Of a stretch of 32,105 bases of DNA, positions 11,214 through 22,891 are shown one piece after another. The notes under the pieces are model-generated. The model did no database searches, was not told the origin of the DNA, and worked only from the letters and a program-made list of their open reading frames with translations. Positions within the stretch are counted from its first letter, which is position 1; every line of letters begins with the position of its first letter. The translations under genes were made by a program, and so were the position numbers. The stretch is from Pelomyxa schiedti (Eukaryota; Protista; Evosea), in assembly GCA_020536535.1 (NCBI GenBank), contig JAHLWZ010000384.1, positions 1 through 32,105 of the forward strand. Reading direction: 5' to 3'.

Positions 11214-13330
11214 ATGATGATGCAGCAGGCTACGTGTACGGTGGCATCAGTGCCGGCGATCTGGATGCCTACTGCAGCGACGGTCTATTGTCGACAAAAG
11301 CGCATTGTGGGAGTTGGGAGGCTGTCGTCCTCGTCGTCGTTCGCGTCAGCGATGGGGGGACTGGCAGGGCTGCCGTTGCAGTCCGAGTGGTGGAAGAAGG
11401 GGAGAAAAAAGGTAGTGGTGGCACATAGTATCGCATCGCATCGCAGGAGACGACGATGATGGGATTTGTTTTGCTTGCATGCATCATATATTGTGTGTGT
11501 TGTGGACTGGCGATGACTCTTTGTCATTTTGCATTTGATTGGTTATTCATATTGGCTACTTAAGGACTTGACGGCCACACTCAAGGACGAGATGCGGCAA
11601 CACCTGGGAATGATCGGTGTCGATGAAGATGCCGTGGACAAATTAAAGGTTTGCCTGATACTTCTTTTTTTCCCCCACAAATTTGTAAATACAATTCAAG
11701 ATAATTCACGTTACCGGAACCAAAGGAAAAGGTTCTACCTGCTCGATGACGGACTCGTTGTTGTCAGCACACGGGCTCAAAACTGGTTTGTATACAAGCC
11801 CACACCTCCTGTCTGTAACGGAAAGAATCAAACTTAACGGTCAGTCTATTTCTGAAGTATTACTCAGCCCTCCCGGTATCTGCACAACTAACATCTCTAG
11901 GCCAAATTCGCACGATATTTTCATGAGGTTAAATCAGGGTTAGAGAAAAATGGGGAACCTCTGCCTCCCTTTTTCCGCTTTGTCACCCTCATGGCTTTTT
12001 TGGCATTCGTGAGAGAAAAGGTACCCATTCCCGCCCGCTTTTATTCACTCACTGTACTGAAGGTGGATGTTGCAGTTGTAGAGGTTGGGATAGGAGGACG
12101 AACCGACGCTACCAATTTTTTCGACCACCCTACTGTCTGTGGAGTATGAATTTGCTTTGCTTTGCACACTTTCACTCATCTTAGGTTACATCCATCGGTT
12201 ATGACCATATGGAACAATTGGGGTACAGTCTACCAGAAATCGCCTGGGAGAAATCTGGTATATTTAAACAAGGCGCACCTGCGTACACGACAGGTGACCA
12301 ACAGAAATGCGTTTTTGATGTATTAGCACGGGAAGCGAAAAGGAAAAAGGTGAGCGTTGCTTTTATTTGAGCCGACAAGCCTCCGATACTTTTACCCAGA
12401 TTCCATTTTTGATTTCTCCTACTCTAGAGACATATTCCACACCTCGAGGAGTACCTATTCAACTAGGTATTGCAATTTTAGCCAGAGAACCTATTTCATG
12501 TTTTCCACAGGGTTAGATGGAAAATTTCAGCGAACTAATGCTTCCCTGGCTTTGGCACTCTCTGGATATTGGCTTTCACAACACCGGGCCGGAACCTGTC
12601 TATGGAAAGGTTTTTATCTTGTACCTTTTTAGACTCAGTAACAAGTACAGGTCCTAAAAAGGAGCTCACTCCTCTTTGCTTAAATACCTTGAAGAACTGC
12701 CAGTGGCCAGGCCGTGCTCAAACAATACAGGTTTGTAAACTTTTCTTCAAGCTTCCCTCACATATTGCTTCACCATAGGTCCCCGGTCACCCAAACGTTA
12801 TTTTTCACCTTGATGGTGCCCACACCCCAGAGAGTATGCAAATGTGCTCAGAATGGTTCAGTGAAACAGTTTCCGCGAGCCAGAAACACTCACCCGTCCC
12901 GGCCCGAGTCATGCTCATTTTCAACTGCAGCGTATCCCGGAACCCCCAGACTCTTCTCACCCCCTTAATCAAGAACAACACATTCACCGACGTCGTTTTC
13001 ACAAGCTTCACACAGCAGCAACCGCAGCAGAATTCCACCCCATCACTCTCACATCCCTCCCTCACAGCAGACTCCACCAACCCATCCCGCCGAGCCGAAA
13101 TGGCCCAAATGTGGTCAACCCTAACCACGAAATCAACACCCCCAGCCACAACAGCCGGGAATTCCACAACCACCACCCTGAACATATGCCCTACAGTCAA
13201 CAAAGCACTGGAATGCGTGTGGGGTGCAGAGCGGGCACTACCACGAGGCCAGACCCTCCATGTGCTAGTCACGGGGTCGCTGTGGCTCGTCGGGGCCTAT
13301 CTCAAGCTGCTGGGCGTATCGCGTGTTTGA
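11214..13330 (+). CDS. FPGS: Folylpolyglutamate synthase, eukaryotic type; multi-exon
   Basis: [93 protein letters not shown]. The start codon is uncertain. Confidence 0.95.
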
Positions 13331-13622
13331 TATCAACGCCGTTCGCTGCCATCTTCGACTTTGTACATCCACAATTCCCGGTGGTTGTGCCTTGTGCACA
13401 ACTTTAAGGAGTTCTCATTGATGTGGCTGCTACATCGGGAAGGTGTCGGGGGGGAAATCGATCGAGAACAGGCTGAAAACAGCGGGGAAGCTGCGTGCAA
13501 ACTCGGAGGGGGGTTGAAATTCTGGACTCAGTAAAACCACCCTTTAAAAGAAAAACCTTCTTGCACGAACTGCAAGAAGACCACAAACAAAAATAAAAGG
13601 CGATAAACAACCACGCACGCGA

Positions 13623-14932
13623 ATGCAAAACGAACGAGTCGAAATTAATGTTCCTAGTTCCCCCAAGAGGCACAGGCCCTCGTCACGTATGCACACGCCA
13701 AACAAAAGAATACACAAATGGGTTCGTCGACGTGCATTGTGTCCATTTTCTTTTGTTGAATGTCGGATGGTGTTGTCCTGCGCAATGTTTGTTTGTTTAG
13801 TTGGTTGGTTGTCTGATGTTGGTGCGGCAGATGGCAGTATCACCGCGAGGCCTCTCAGTCACGAAGCTACTAATTTGATCGTTGACCTTCTTCTAAGGAG
13901 CCAGCAGCAGAAACTTGTTGCACAACAAGCAAGGGCTCCGGTTCTTGCACCGGGAGCACAGGCAGTGCCCTGCGTGCCTTTCGGTCACTCCGCTTCTATA
14001 GAATCATCAGCCTCGCCTGTATTACCACCTGTGCCGCATGCACTGCAGAAGGAGCAGAGTCAGCCAAAGGGTGGTTGTAAAAGGAGGCTTACATGGGTTG
14101 AGAAGCTGTCATTGTACTGTCACAGGTGCGGAAAAGTGGACACCCCCGAGTGGAGGAAGGGTCCTGATGGTCCCGCAACGTAAGTTTTCTGCCTTTGTTT
14201 CTTTATGCTGTGTATAAAGCGGGGGTTGAATACCTTTGGTACATTATTAATTCCACAAACAGGCTGTGTAATGCTTGTGGATTACAATGGAGTGCAAGTA
14301 CAGCGAACCACAAGCGGAGACCGAGAAATCCAAAAGTCCCTGTTGAAAGTAAGAGAGCGAGGCGGAACGCCTCTAAGAGTACCTCACAAGCTCCTCAGGC
14401 GGTAACAGCCCGAACTTCAACAAATAGCGTTCCGCTTTACGAGGACTCAAGGAGCTTTTCAACCATAAAGCCAGAAGACAGATTAGAGGAATTGTACGCA
14501 CCAGGGGCAGTCTCTTCTTTGGTTTCCCACTGGCTTTGCAACAACTCCTCAGCCCAAAACTTTCTCCGGTGCCTCCAAACCATCCACTTATCTGGTTCGC
14601 AGTCGATTTCCTCAACAGAGTCAACACCTACCAGCCAATATACCTCAGTCTCCCCCTCTCTCTCGCCTCGCTCCTCAACCAACAGCCCATCTCCTCTCAG
14701 CCTTGATTCCTGTCCTTCGTCTCCTCATTGTATTAGCAGTACTTTTGACCGCACAGCCTCAGTCATCTGGGCACATGATGCTCTTCATCTGCCGGACAGT
14801 GTATATCTATTGGAATCAGTAAATGACACATCAAAGCAAAGTACCAACCAGTGTTTGATTATGGAGGATGACACTAGAGATGATAGCCTCATAGCACACC
14901 TCAGAAGAATAATGTCTTCTCCTTCACTGTGA
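13623..14932 (+). CDS. GATA zinc-finger transcription factor
   Basis: CHRCGKVDTPEWRKGPDGPAT|LCNACGLQW is joined by a GT-AG intron at 14180-14262 (C-x2-C-x18-C-x2-C), followed by a basic tail. A probable first intron lies at about 13732-13830. The start is uncertain. Confidence 0.9.
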
Positions 14933-15002
14933 ACAAAGAAAAACAACAGACTGTGAAATAAACCTGATGTATTTTTTTTTGTAGAATTTCTTCTTGGTTC
15001 AC

Positions 15003-16520
15003 TCAGTCCACACAAACACACTGTACTGGGGTTTTAAGCCAGAGACCCGGTATTATCTTTCTGGTGACCACAATGATTCGACCTATTCCTCCTTCGCAAA
15101 GTGTGCTTATCTTAACGGAGCTGGGGCTTATCTCTGACTCCAAGGTTATCTCCACTTTTTGACAGAAATAAGCAAGTTCCACTTCGCTTGGCGTCATCCT
15201 ATGTATATTCTGGATTCCAAGATGAACAGAGAGCGAAATACATCTGGCGCTTGTATCGTTGCACTGGGTGATGTCTAACACCTTGAGTCCCTTCCACCAT
15301 ACCATGACAACGGCATTGAGGTTGGTCTGGTGATAAGAATAGGATGGTGTAATTATGCGTTTGAGTTGAGAAGAAGGCACAGGTAAGCTCAGTTCAGCTT
15401 GTGGATGATAGTCATGGGGGAATATTGATGAAGAGGGCGGTGGTAATAAGTTGAAGTCCGCACAGTGATACAAGGTCTGTGGTTTGGCTTTAGAAGCACC
15501 ATCACGGCAATGAGGAAAATGAGATGAAGGTTGAGGAGAGTTCTCCACATTCCCAGATTGTGGTTGGGTAATGTGCGGATTGTGACCTTGTATGCCAAGC
15601 ACGTGCTGCGCCAAAACAGGGAGATTGTTTCCTTTCATAAATGAACTTTGAAATTTGAGATGGGCAACTACCTTTGTATTTAACGCCTTGGACTGTCATA
15701 ATACCAGAACGGGAAAGTTTGTAATGACTAGAATCCACGGCATCAAACGCTGTCTCCACAAGTAGTAGCCACGTTTCTTTATCTTCTTTTGCTTTCTTTA
15801 TTGTTCTGGAAGAAAAGACAGCATCAAACGTCGTGACAGAACAGTGTCCCTCTTAAAGTGGAATAAGTAGATTTCACAAGCAATTAACCAGAGGGAACCT
15901 GCTGAGATATGCTCTGGGCCAAGAATGAATGGTACAGCCCATCCCTGGGGAGTGATATGTGGTTCCTCAATGGCCTCATAAGAACACATATTGATATAAA
16001 TTTCACTACTCTGCCGAATGTCAATTACCAAATAAACTGGATTTCATTTCAAATGAAAGATTACAACGTGCACCTGACTAGTATTAGTTGTAGTGGCTCT
16101 CAGTACTCGTACAACAAATCCACCCTTGGGCGCCCTCTAATTCCCAGGTGAGAATTACAATGTGTAGTACGGAAACTTTATCACTCCCCTGCCCCCAAAA
16201 GTGGTAGCCCCCACAAACCACAAGTGAAACCGAGTCCTTGATATCGCCGAATGTGTGAGCGTCAACTGTCGGGGGCTCCGAGTGTGCACCAGACGACGAT
16301 GGTGGCGGCGGTACACCTGTGTCACGACCATGGTCGGTGTCATTGTGCCTACCGTCCTCTGGTGGGCCACCCGTGGTGGTGCCTTGTGCGTACCTCTGGG
16401 CTGTGGGATTGAAGTTTCTTCATGTGAGCGATACACATACTGCAGCAACAAATCTCTGAATCTAGGGTCCCTCATCGCCTCAACGACCTCGGCATCCTGA
16501 CGGTCGCCATTCCCACTCAT
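15003..16520 (-). CDS. Hypothetical multi-exon protein; no family recognised
   Basis: Chain of minus-strand ORFs (16155-16538, 15798-16031, 15502-15759, 15003-15638) separated by GT..AG segments, with ATG at 16520. Exon boundaries not fully resolved. Confidence 0.55.
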
Positions 16521-16793
16521 CCGCGCCGAATTCTGCACACAAGACGAAAATCCTGCTCAAGCACGCAAAATTCACCTGTTGAAGTCCATAACGTAGGAGT
16601 GGACAGTTGGGGGCGTTGGGAAGTTCTCAGCCTCAATTCCTCCATGAGATCTTTGATGGAAATTGTTTCTCAGTTAGATTAATTACAAAGAAAACAAAAA
16701 AGCCAAGGCGAGTAGAGGGAGCGGGTGGTGTCACGCGTGACGACAACACAAGCACAAACAAACAAACATAAGAGGGTACCGTAGATCTAGGAG

Positions 16794-18375
16794 ATGTTTT
16801 TTGCAGGAGCGGGGACAGGAGCGCAGTCGCCATACAACGTACACGGGGACGCAGAGTTCCCAAACCCACCAACTGACGGCGTGTCCGCGTTATCGTGGTC
16901 GCCAACTGCTAACGTCGTAATCGCCACCTCCTGGGACAAGACTGCCAGGTGCTACGAGGTTGCCTTCTTTTTTCCTCTATTAAAATATATGCATTGGAGT
17001 GATTTGCTTTTTTTTATTTATGTAAAATTTTACTATTTATTTATGGCTTTTGGATCAACTGAATTGTGTAGATAACTCCACCTGCACCTGGGGCTACCCC
17101 GTATAGAGCTACCGCGGCGGCACGACTGCAGACTACCTCTGACGCCCCACTGTTGACTGCGGCTTGGTGTAATGACGGAATACGGGCCATCATTGCTGGT
17201 TGCAACAATAAGGCCATGTTGTGGAATTTACAGGTGAATGTCCTTCATTAATCTCAGTACATACTTACTTGTGCCCCGCATTGGCATTCAGTCCCAGCAA
17301 GTTACACCCATAGCACAGCATGAAGCTCCAATCAAGTACGCGTTTTGGATGACACAGCATCAGATATGTGGAACAGCATCTTGGGTATCCTCTTCCAGGG
17401 GAAATTTGGTTTCTATGAAACTTATAATTTATAGGACAGGTCTGTGAGATTCTGGGACACAAGAGCACAACAACCAACATTCCAAATGACACTTCCCGAG
17501 CGTTGTTATTGGGGTGATCACAGCCACGCAGGTGTGTTGAATCTGACTCTGTCAACACTAACCTCCCGGCTCAGAGTTTTTCCTTCTGGCCACAGCCGAT
17601 AAAAAGGTTCTCGTATTTGATACAAGAAACCCCGCAACTCCCATGAAAACGGTTGAGAGCCCACTGAAGTTCCAGACGAGATGTGTTTGCAGTTTTAATT
17701 TCGGCGGCCATGCAGGGTATGGTAACACTTGTACGAACATACACTCACTGTAGCAGGTTTGTCATTGGTTCAATTGAGGGAAGATGCGGTATTCACTATA
17801 TCAATGACACTGATAAAGATATGAACTTCACTTTCAAGTGCCACCGGGACGGCAACAATATATCCTTGATTTTGCCAAATAGAGCTGGGAATTTTTCTTG
17901 ACTCACCTCCTTTTCACACACCTTTGCAGTCAATGAGATATCTTTCCACCCACAGTTCGGAACTTTTGCTACATGTGGAGCTGACGGAACTATTAACTTC
18001 TGGGACAAAGTGCGTAAATTCGACTCTTATATCAAAGCTGACATCCCTGCGTAATTTACAGGATTCGCGTCAGAGGCTGAAGGGGTTCCCAACTTGTAAG
18101 ATGTCCATTCCCGTTGCAAAATTCAACAGAGATGGAACCGTAGGCCCACTTTCCTCCTTCACATGCAATTATTCTCACTGCAACTAGTTGTATGCCTACA
18201 GCATTGGATACGATTGGAGCAAGGGGCCAGAGTTCTACAAGCCCACAGACCCCAACCTGGTATACCCGGCCCTTATTCCTGTTCCTTCCCAACTCATCCT
18301 CGTATCCAGTTATTGGTTCACGCTACCCCCGAAGCCGAAATCAAAAACAAGCCCAGGACCGCAAAGAGAACTTGA
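16794..18375 (+). CDS. RAE1: mRNA export factor Rae1/Gle2 (WD40); multi-exon
   Basis: [102 protein letters not shown]. The YDWSKG and FTFKCHR motifs favour Rae1 over Bub3. Confidence 0.95.
17860..17919 (+). other. U12-type (minor spliceosome) AT-AC intron in RAE1
   Basis: 5' end ATATCCTT, branch-like TTTCTTGAC at about 17894-17902, 3' end CAC. It contains an in-frame TGA and no GT. Removal gives HRDGNN|[11 protein letters not shown]. Confidence 0.9.
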
Positions 18376-18423
18376 AGCCAGACCACAACGATCAAAACGT
18401 GGAAAACAAAAGAAAAAGAAAAA

Positions 18424-21400
18424 ATGAACGAATCGCCCGTTGTTGGCACGGCGGTGCATTGTTTCGTAATCGGGGGCGGTAGCGGTGGGCCCACGACCAC
18501 GACCACGTCCACGTGCTCGGGGTTCTTCGCGGCGCTCAAGGCCGCGGGGGCGCAGCCAATGGCATACAACGTCGGGGAGCCCAGCAAGTTCTCACCATCC
18601 ACTACGTCCCTGTACATGCGCATGAACATGGACACGGGCGGCGGCGGTGGTGGTGGTTGTTGGCCGGGGGGTGACCAGGCGGCCGCGGCTCCGGGGGTCC
18701 TGTTCCACCACGGTAGCGGCGGCACAGCGGGGGCCACACAGGGGGGCACAATGGAGGGCACAACGGGCGGCGCACAGGGGGGCATCGGCATCAACAACAA
18801 CAACGGGGTGATGGCCAGGATTAACATGCACGTCAGGTGGGTGGGTTATTGCTGTTGTTGTTGTTGTTGCTGCTGCGCGCTTGTGTGGATTCACTGAATG
18901 ATGAATGAATGAATGAATGAACGAACGACTAACTGAGTTGGTGTGAATAGGTCGGGAACAAGGAAGGTCGTGCTGGTGCTGTATTATACGAGTGACAAAC
19001 AGTCACTGTATTACGTTGGGAGCCACTTGCGCTACTTGCTGACTGAACCTTGGCCAACCGCTGTGAACTACGATTCTGCACTTAGGGATCAGTTCAAGCC
19101 AATCACTGCATCACCCCCAGTTGTTGTGGTAATGGCCCAGTGCCCAGCCGAGTGGATAGTTACAAAAAGCCCGGATGACACTGGAAAGGGAACAGATACG
19201 CCTGCTGCCGCACACAGCCTGGACATTATCTACTGGGCCTTTGTTGTATGTACTCGTTGATTGTTTCCGTATGAGTTTTGAACTCGCCGGTTCCTTCTAA
19301 CTTATGTTCCAGAGTTCGGCGGCCAGAGTGCTTACTGGGGAACAAACCGGTCTGCCGGAAATTTTATCACTGGTCATGGAGGCATCCAAGCAGGATGGCT
19401 TGGTGTACAAAAGCCATGACTTCATTCTCAAGGAGACACGGCACCCCACTGGTGGTGCACAACCAGTTCCTATCCCAAACAATCCTGCAGGGGCAAGTCC
19501 TGAGACTGCGCGCACTCTCCTGCAATGCATTCACGACCACAGGACTGTATTCCCTTGCCTCTCAGAATCCCTGGTTCTGAGGACTTGGGTGAGGGCAAAG
19601 AACTGGGCTGCCGTAACTGAAGTTTGCCGAGCATGCTGTATGACTGAGGGCCAGGAAATTGACCTGTCAAACCTCTCTTTGGATTCCGTTCCGGAGGCCC
19701 TGAGGGGTTTGACTTGCAAGAAGTTGGACCTCTCAAACAACAACATCTCAGTTGTGCCAAGGTGGATGGTTGATATGAAGAGTGCAGTCTTGACTCCAAA
19801 TCCATTGAAAGTACCACTGGGTGCAATGAAAGAATGCATGTATTTGGACCTGGGAAAGCTTGGAAATATTGTGGAAAGCCACATTCATAAGGTGGTGTTT
19901 ATTGGGGACACTGGTGCGGGAAAGACAACCCTGTTGAAGTGCATGATGGAAAAAAAGAAGAAGTTGCAAGTGGAACATTCGCACACTGGAATTGCTATTC
20001 ACCATAATGTCAAGTTCAAGAGTAAGGGAGTATGTTGGACTGTGTGGGATCTTGGTGTGCCAGCTCCTGAGAGTTTTTAATTTCACCTAAATGCTTACTA
20101 ACCAGGAGGAGATTCGTTGTCACCATTTCACTGGATGTTTCTTCGCAGCAGGTCCATATTTGTGCTTGTATTCGACATCAGAAAGGTAGCAGATGGGTCC
20201 AGGCTATACTACTGGCTGAACCAAATTGCTTCCGCTCAAGGTCCAATATTAGAGAGAAAGAGTCGAAGTGTGATCCTGGTTGGAACTCACCTCGACGGCA
20301 TGGACCCTATTACAGCCCAGTCTACACTCCAACGCCTGTTTCATGGTGCATTTCAGAACACTACATTCTTGATCAACCTCAGAATTGGCAAGGGGTTGAA
20401 GAATGAGGGAACCACCTTGTTAGAGTGTCACAATCCTATTACAAGCATTGTTCACCATTTGGAAGCAGTGAGCAACAGTGACGGGATACTTACAGCAGTG
20501 CCACAAAGCTGGATAAGACTGCACAACAAAATGAATAAATTGAGGAACAAGCTGCCTGCATCCAGGATTAGGTGGTCAAGTTTATGCAATATTGCCAGGA
20601 AAGTCGGTGTTGTAAGGGACATGGAGCAGTGTGCTAATTACTTATTTGACATTGGAACAATTATTCATTTCCGGACTCCATACCCTTTTTCCTCTGACAT
20701 TTCTTTGGCACTGGAAATGAAAATGGCGGAGCAGTTGATAATGGACCCTCAGCTTCTTTTTCAAGCCTTAATCGATGATATTTCCCAGCTTTCAATGGTT
20801 TCTTCTGGTTTTGAGTGGATGACATTTCCGTATGAACTCGTGTGGAAGCTAATATTTCCCCATGAGAAAAAGGAGGTCTCGGTTCTGTTTTGCTACTCCT
20901 TATTCCCCCTGGAGAATATAGATTGGGATAGAGTCGTTTTCAAAGACTCCCACGAATCGTGGATGGCCTTCTGGGCTCCACCACCAGAAGCCAGGGAATT
21001 CTTTGCCATGAACGGGAGGTCTATCAAGCTCTCTTTGCTCTCCACTGAGCTGTTCTTTAAGTTTGTAACACAAGTATCAACTCTTCCTGGCTTGAGACTG
21101 CACCAAGAATCAACACTGTGGAGAGACTGCGCAATGATATCATGCGAGTCAAATACCGAGGAATCATCAATGCTATTACTAATTACACGCCAAGATGATA
21201 CCCTGTCCATGTGCATGCGGGCTACAGGCAAAGAGCATTCCGAGATATTGGCACAGAGGAGGATGTGGTTATGTGTTATGGATGTCTTCACACAGCTTGC
21301 TGAGTCAGCTGTGTGTAGGTCTGAGGGTGTGGTGTTGATTCCGTGGCTAAGGGATATGGATCAGTCATTCCCTTGTCCTCACTGCTTGTTTTCACTGCTC

Positions 21401-22716
21401 GAGCATAACAGAGCAGCCGCATTTACAAATACAGGCAAGCCTGTTGCACTCCCACCGGAAGCATTCTGTTTCACAGAGAGTCAAATTATTGGTGCAGGGG
21501 TGGCTGGAAGCCAGAAACTGACATGTGCAAAGGGGATCCAAGTTGACCTTGAACAAATCGCACCAGATTGCACAATCAAGGGTTCCCTATCTTGTGCAGC
21601 CGTATCACCTCCCGGGGTTCAGTTCGGCGGCAATCCCTTGGCGCCATCTTACAAGCTTGCAACAGAAGCACTGTGCCTCAATTGCGCCACAGAGCTCAGC
21701 GCACCCTCCATTCCTCCTTACTTGAGAGACATTATTGGAACCGTGGAGGCCATCAGCCAACCCATCACTCTTTCAGAATTAATTTCACAGCTCCAAAAGG
21801 AAACCTCACCGGCACTCTTCCAGCGGGTAATGACAACCAAATTACGGGAGAGGATTCTGAAGGACGTGGCGCAGGGCCTGAGGCATCTTCACAAGCACAA
21901 TCCCCCGGCAGTTCATGGTTCTCTCTCCCCGGGTGTGTTACTCTTTTAAGTAATCCAAAGTTGTTCATACTTACCGCAGGTTCAATTACAATACTGTCGT
22001 TGGACGAGACCACTCCGGAACCTTTGGCCCGGGTGTGTTCTCGTTTTCAAAGTATGCATTCTTTTTAACCGCACCAACAGATAAGTGACTTCCGGGAAGC
22101 ACGGGTACTGTGGGGCAGAGTTACAAGAGCAACTCCCGGCACTCCCCCCGATACCAACTTCCAGTCCCCGGAAGTTCTATCGCACTCGTTCTACGGAACA
22201 GCGGCTGACATATGGAGCTTCGGTATCACGTTCACATATCCCACAAAACAAGGAAGACTAACCACAATCACAGGGTCCCTTGTGATGTGGATGATGGACC
22301 CACTCACGTCACCGTTCCAGTACCTCATCACAACACCATTATCATCGTCCCATAATAGCACACACCAGACACACGGACGCCAGGCACAGCCGCAACAACA
22401 ACCAATCTCACACCGGAGCCTCAGCCTCTGTACACAGGCCCTCTATGACTGTAACACCGAGGGCCATCCCACAATGTCCCTCCGCCCCAGTGCCATCCTC
22501 GACGCAATCATAGCTGGGGATGTGGTCCCGTGGCGGGACAGCACCGGGGACATTGTGGGAGGCGGTGAGCCAGTGGGTGTGCCGAGCCTTGGCGCCCATA
22601 AGGCATCTTATGTGCCCGATTGGGCTAGGCAGATTGCAATGTGCTGTCTCGTTCACGACCCAAGCGCCAGGCCTCACATTGACAAGATCCTCACTGTGTG
22701 GGAGTACTTCCATTGA
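18424..22716 (+). CDS. Roco-family protein: degenerate small-GTPase-like N-terminus, LRRs, Roc GTPase, COR, probable pseudokinase
   Basis: LRRs (IDLSNLSLDSVP, LDLSNNNISVVP). Roc motifs GDTGAGKTT, WDLG|G (intron 20055-20105), GTHLD. COR motifs VPQSW, YLFDIGTIIHF, PCPHC, IAPD. Kinase C-lobe DVAQGLRHLH, VHGSL, ISDFR, SPE, ADIWSFG, DPSARP. The 5' exons (18424-18836, 18951-~19245) join through GT-AG introns. Confidence 0.85.
18850..18928. repeat. Short microsatellites (GTT/GCT)n and (GAAT)n in the first Roco intron
   Basis: gctgttgttgttgttgttgctgctgc followed by gaatgatgaatgaatgaatgaatgaacgaacg. Confidence 0.8.
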
Positions 22717-22891
22717 GGAAGACCTCTAAAATCCGCCGTCCACCTTCCCATCAAGCTAGACGAAAAGAAAACTCGTCTAAACTCTGCCGAACTTGGTAGC
22801 AAAGAAAGGAGCCAGCGACCAAGCGGCACAAAAAAAAAACCACCCCGGAAAGATAGGTCCGCTTGCGGAGGGACACACAACCAAAACAACG

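Noticed and set aside
12610-12632. Apparent 23-nt micro-intron in FPGS
   Set aside because: An upstream GT at 12598 in the same phase gives a 35-nt intron closer to the local size range. This cannot be resolved without RNA data.
11214-13330. FPGS as a horizontally acquired bacterial folC
   Set aside because: GTKGKGS and the other motifs are of the eukaryotic FPGS type, and the gene has many introns.
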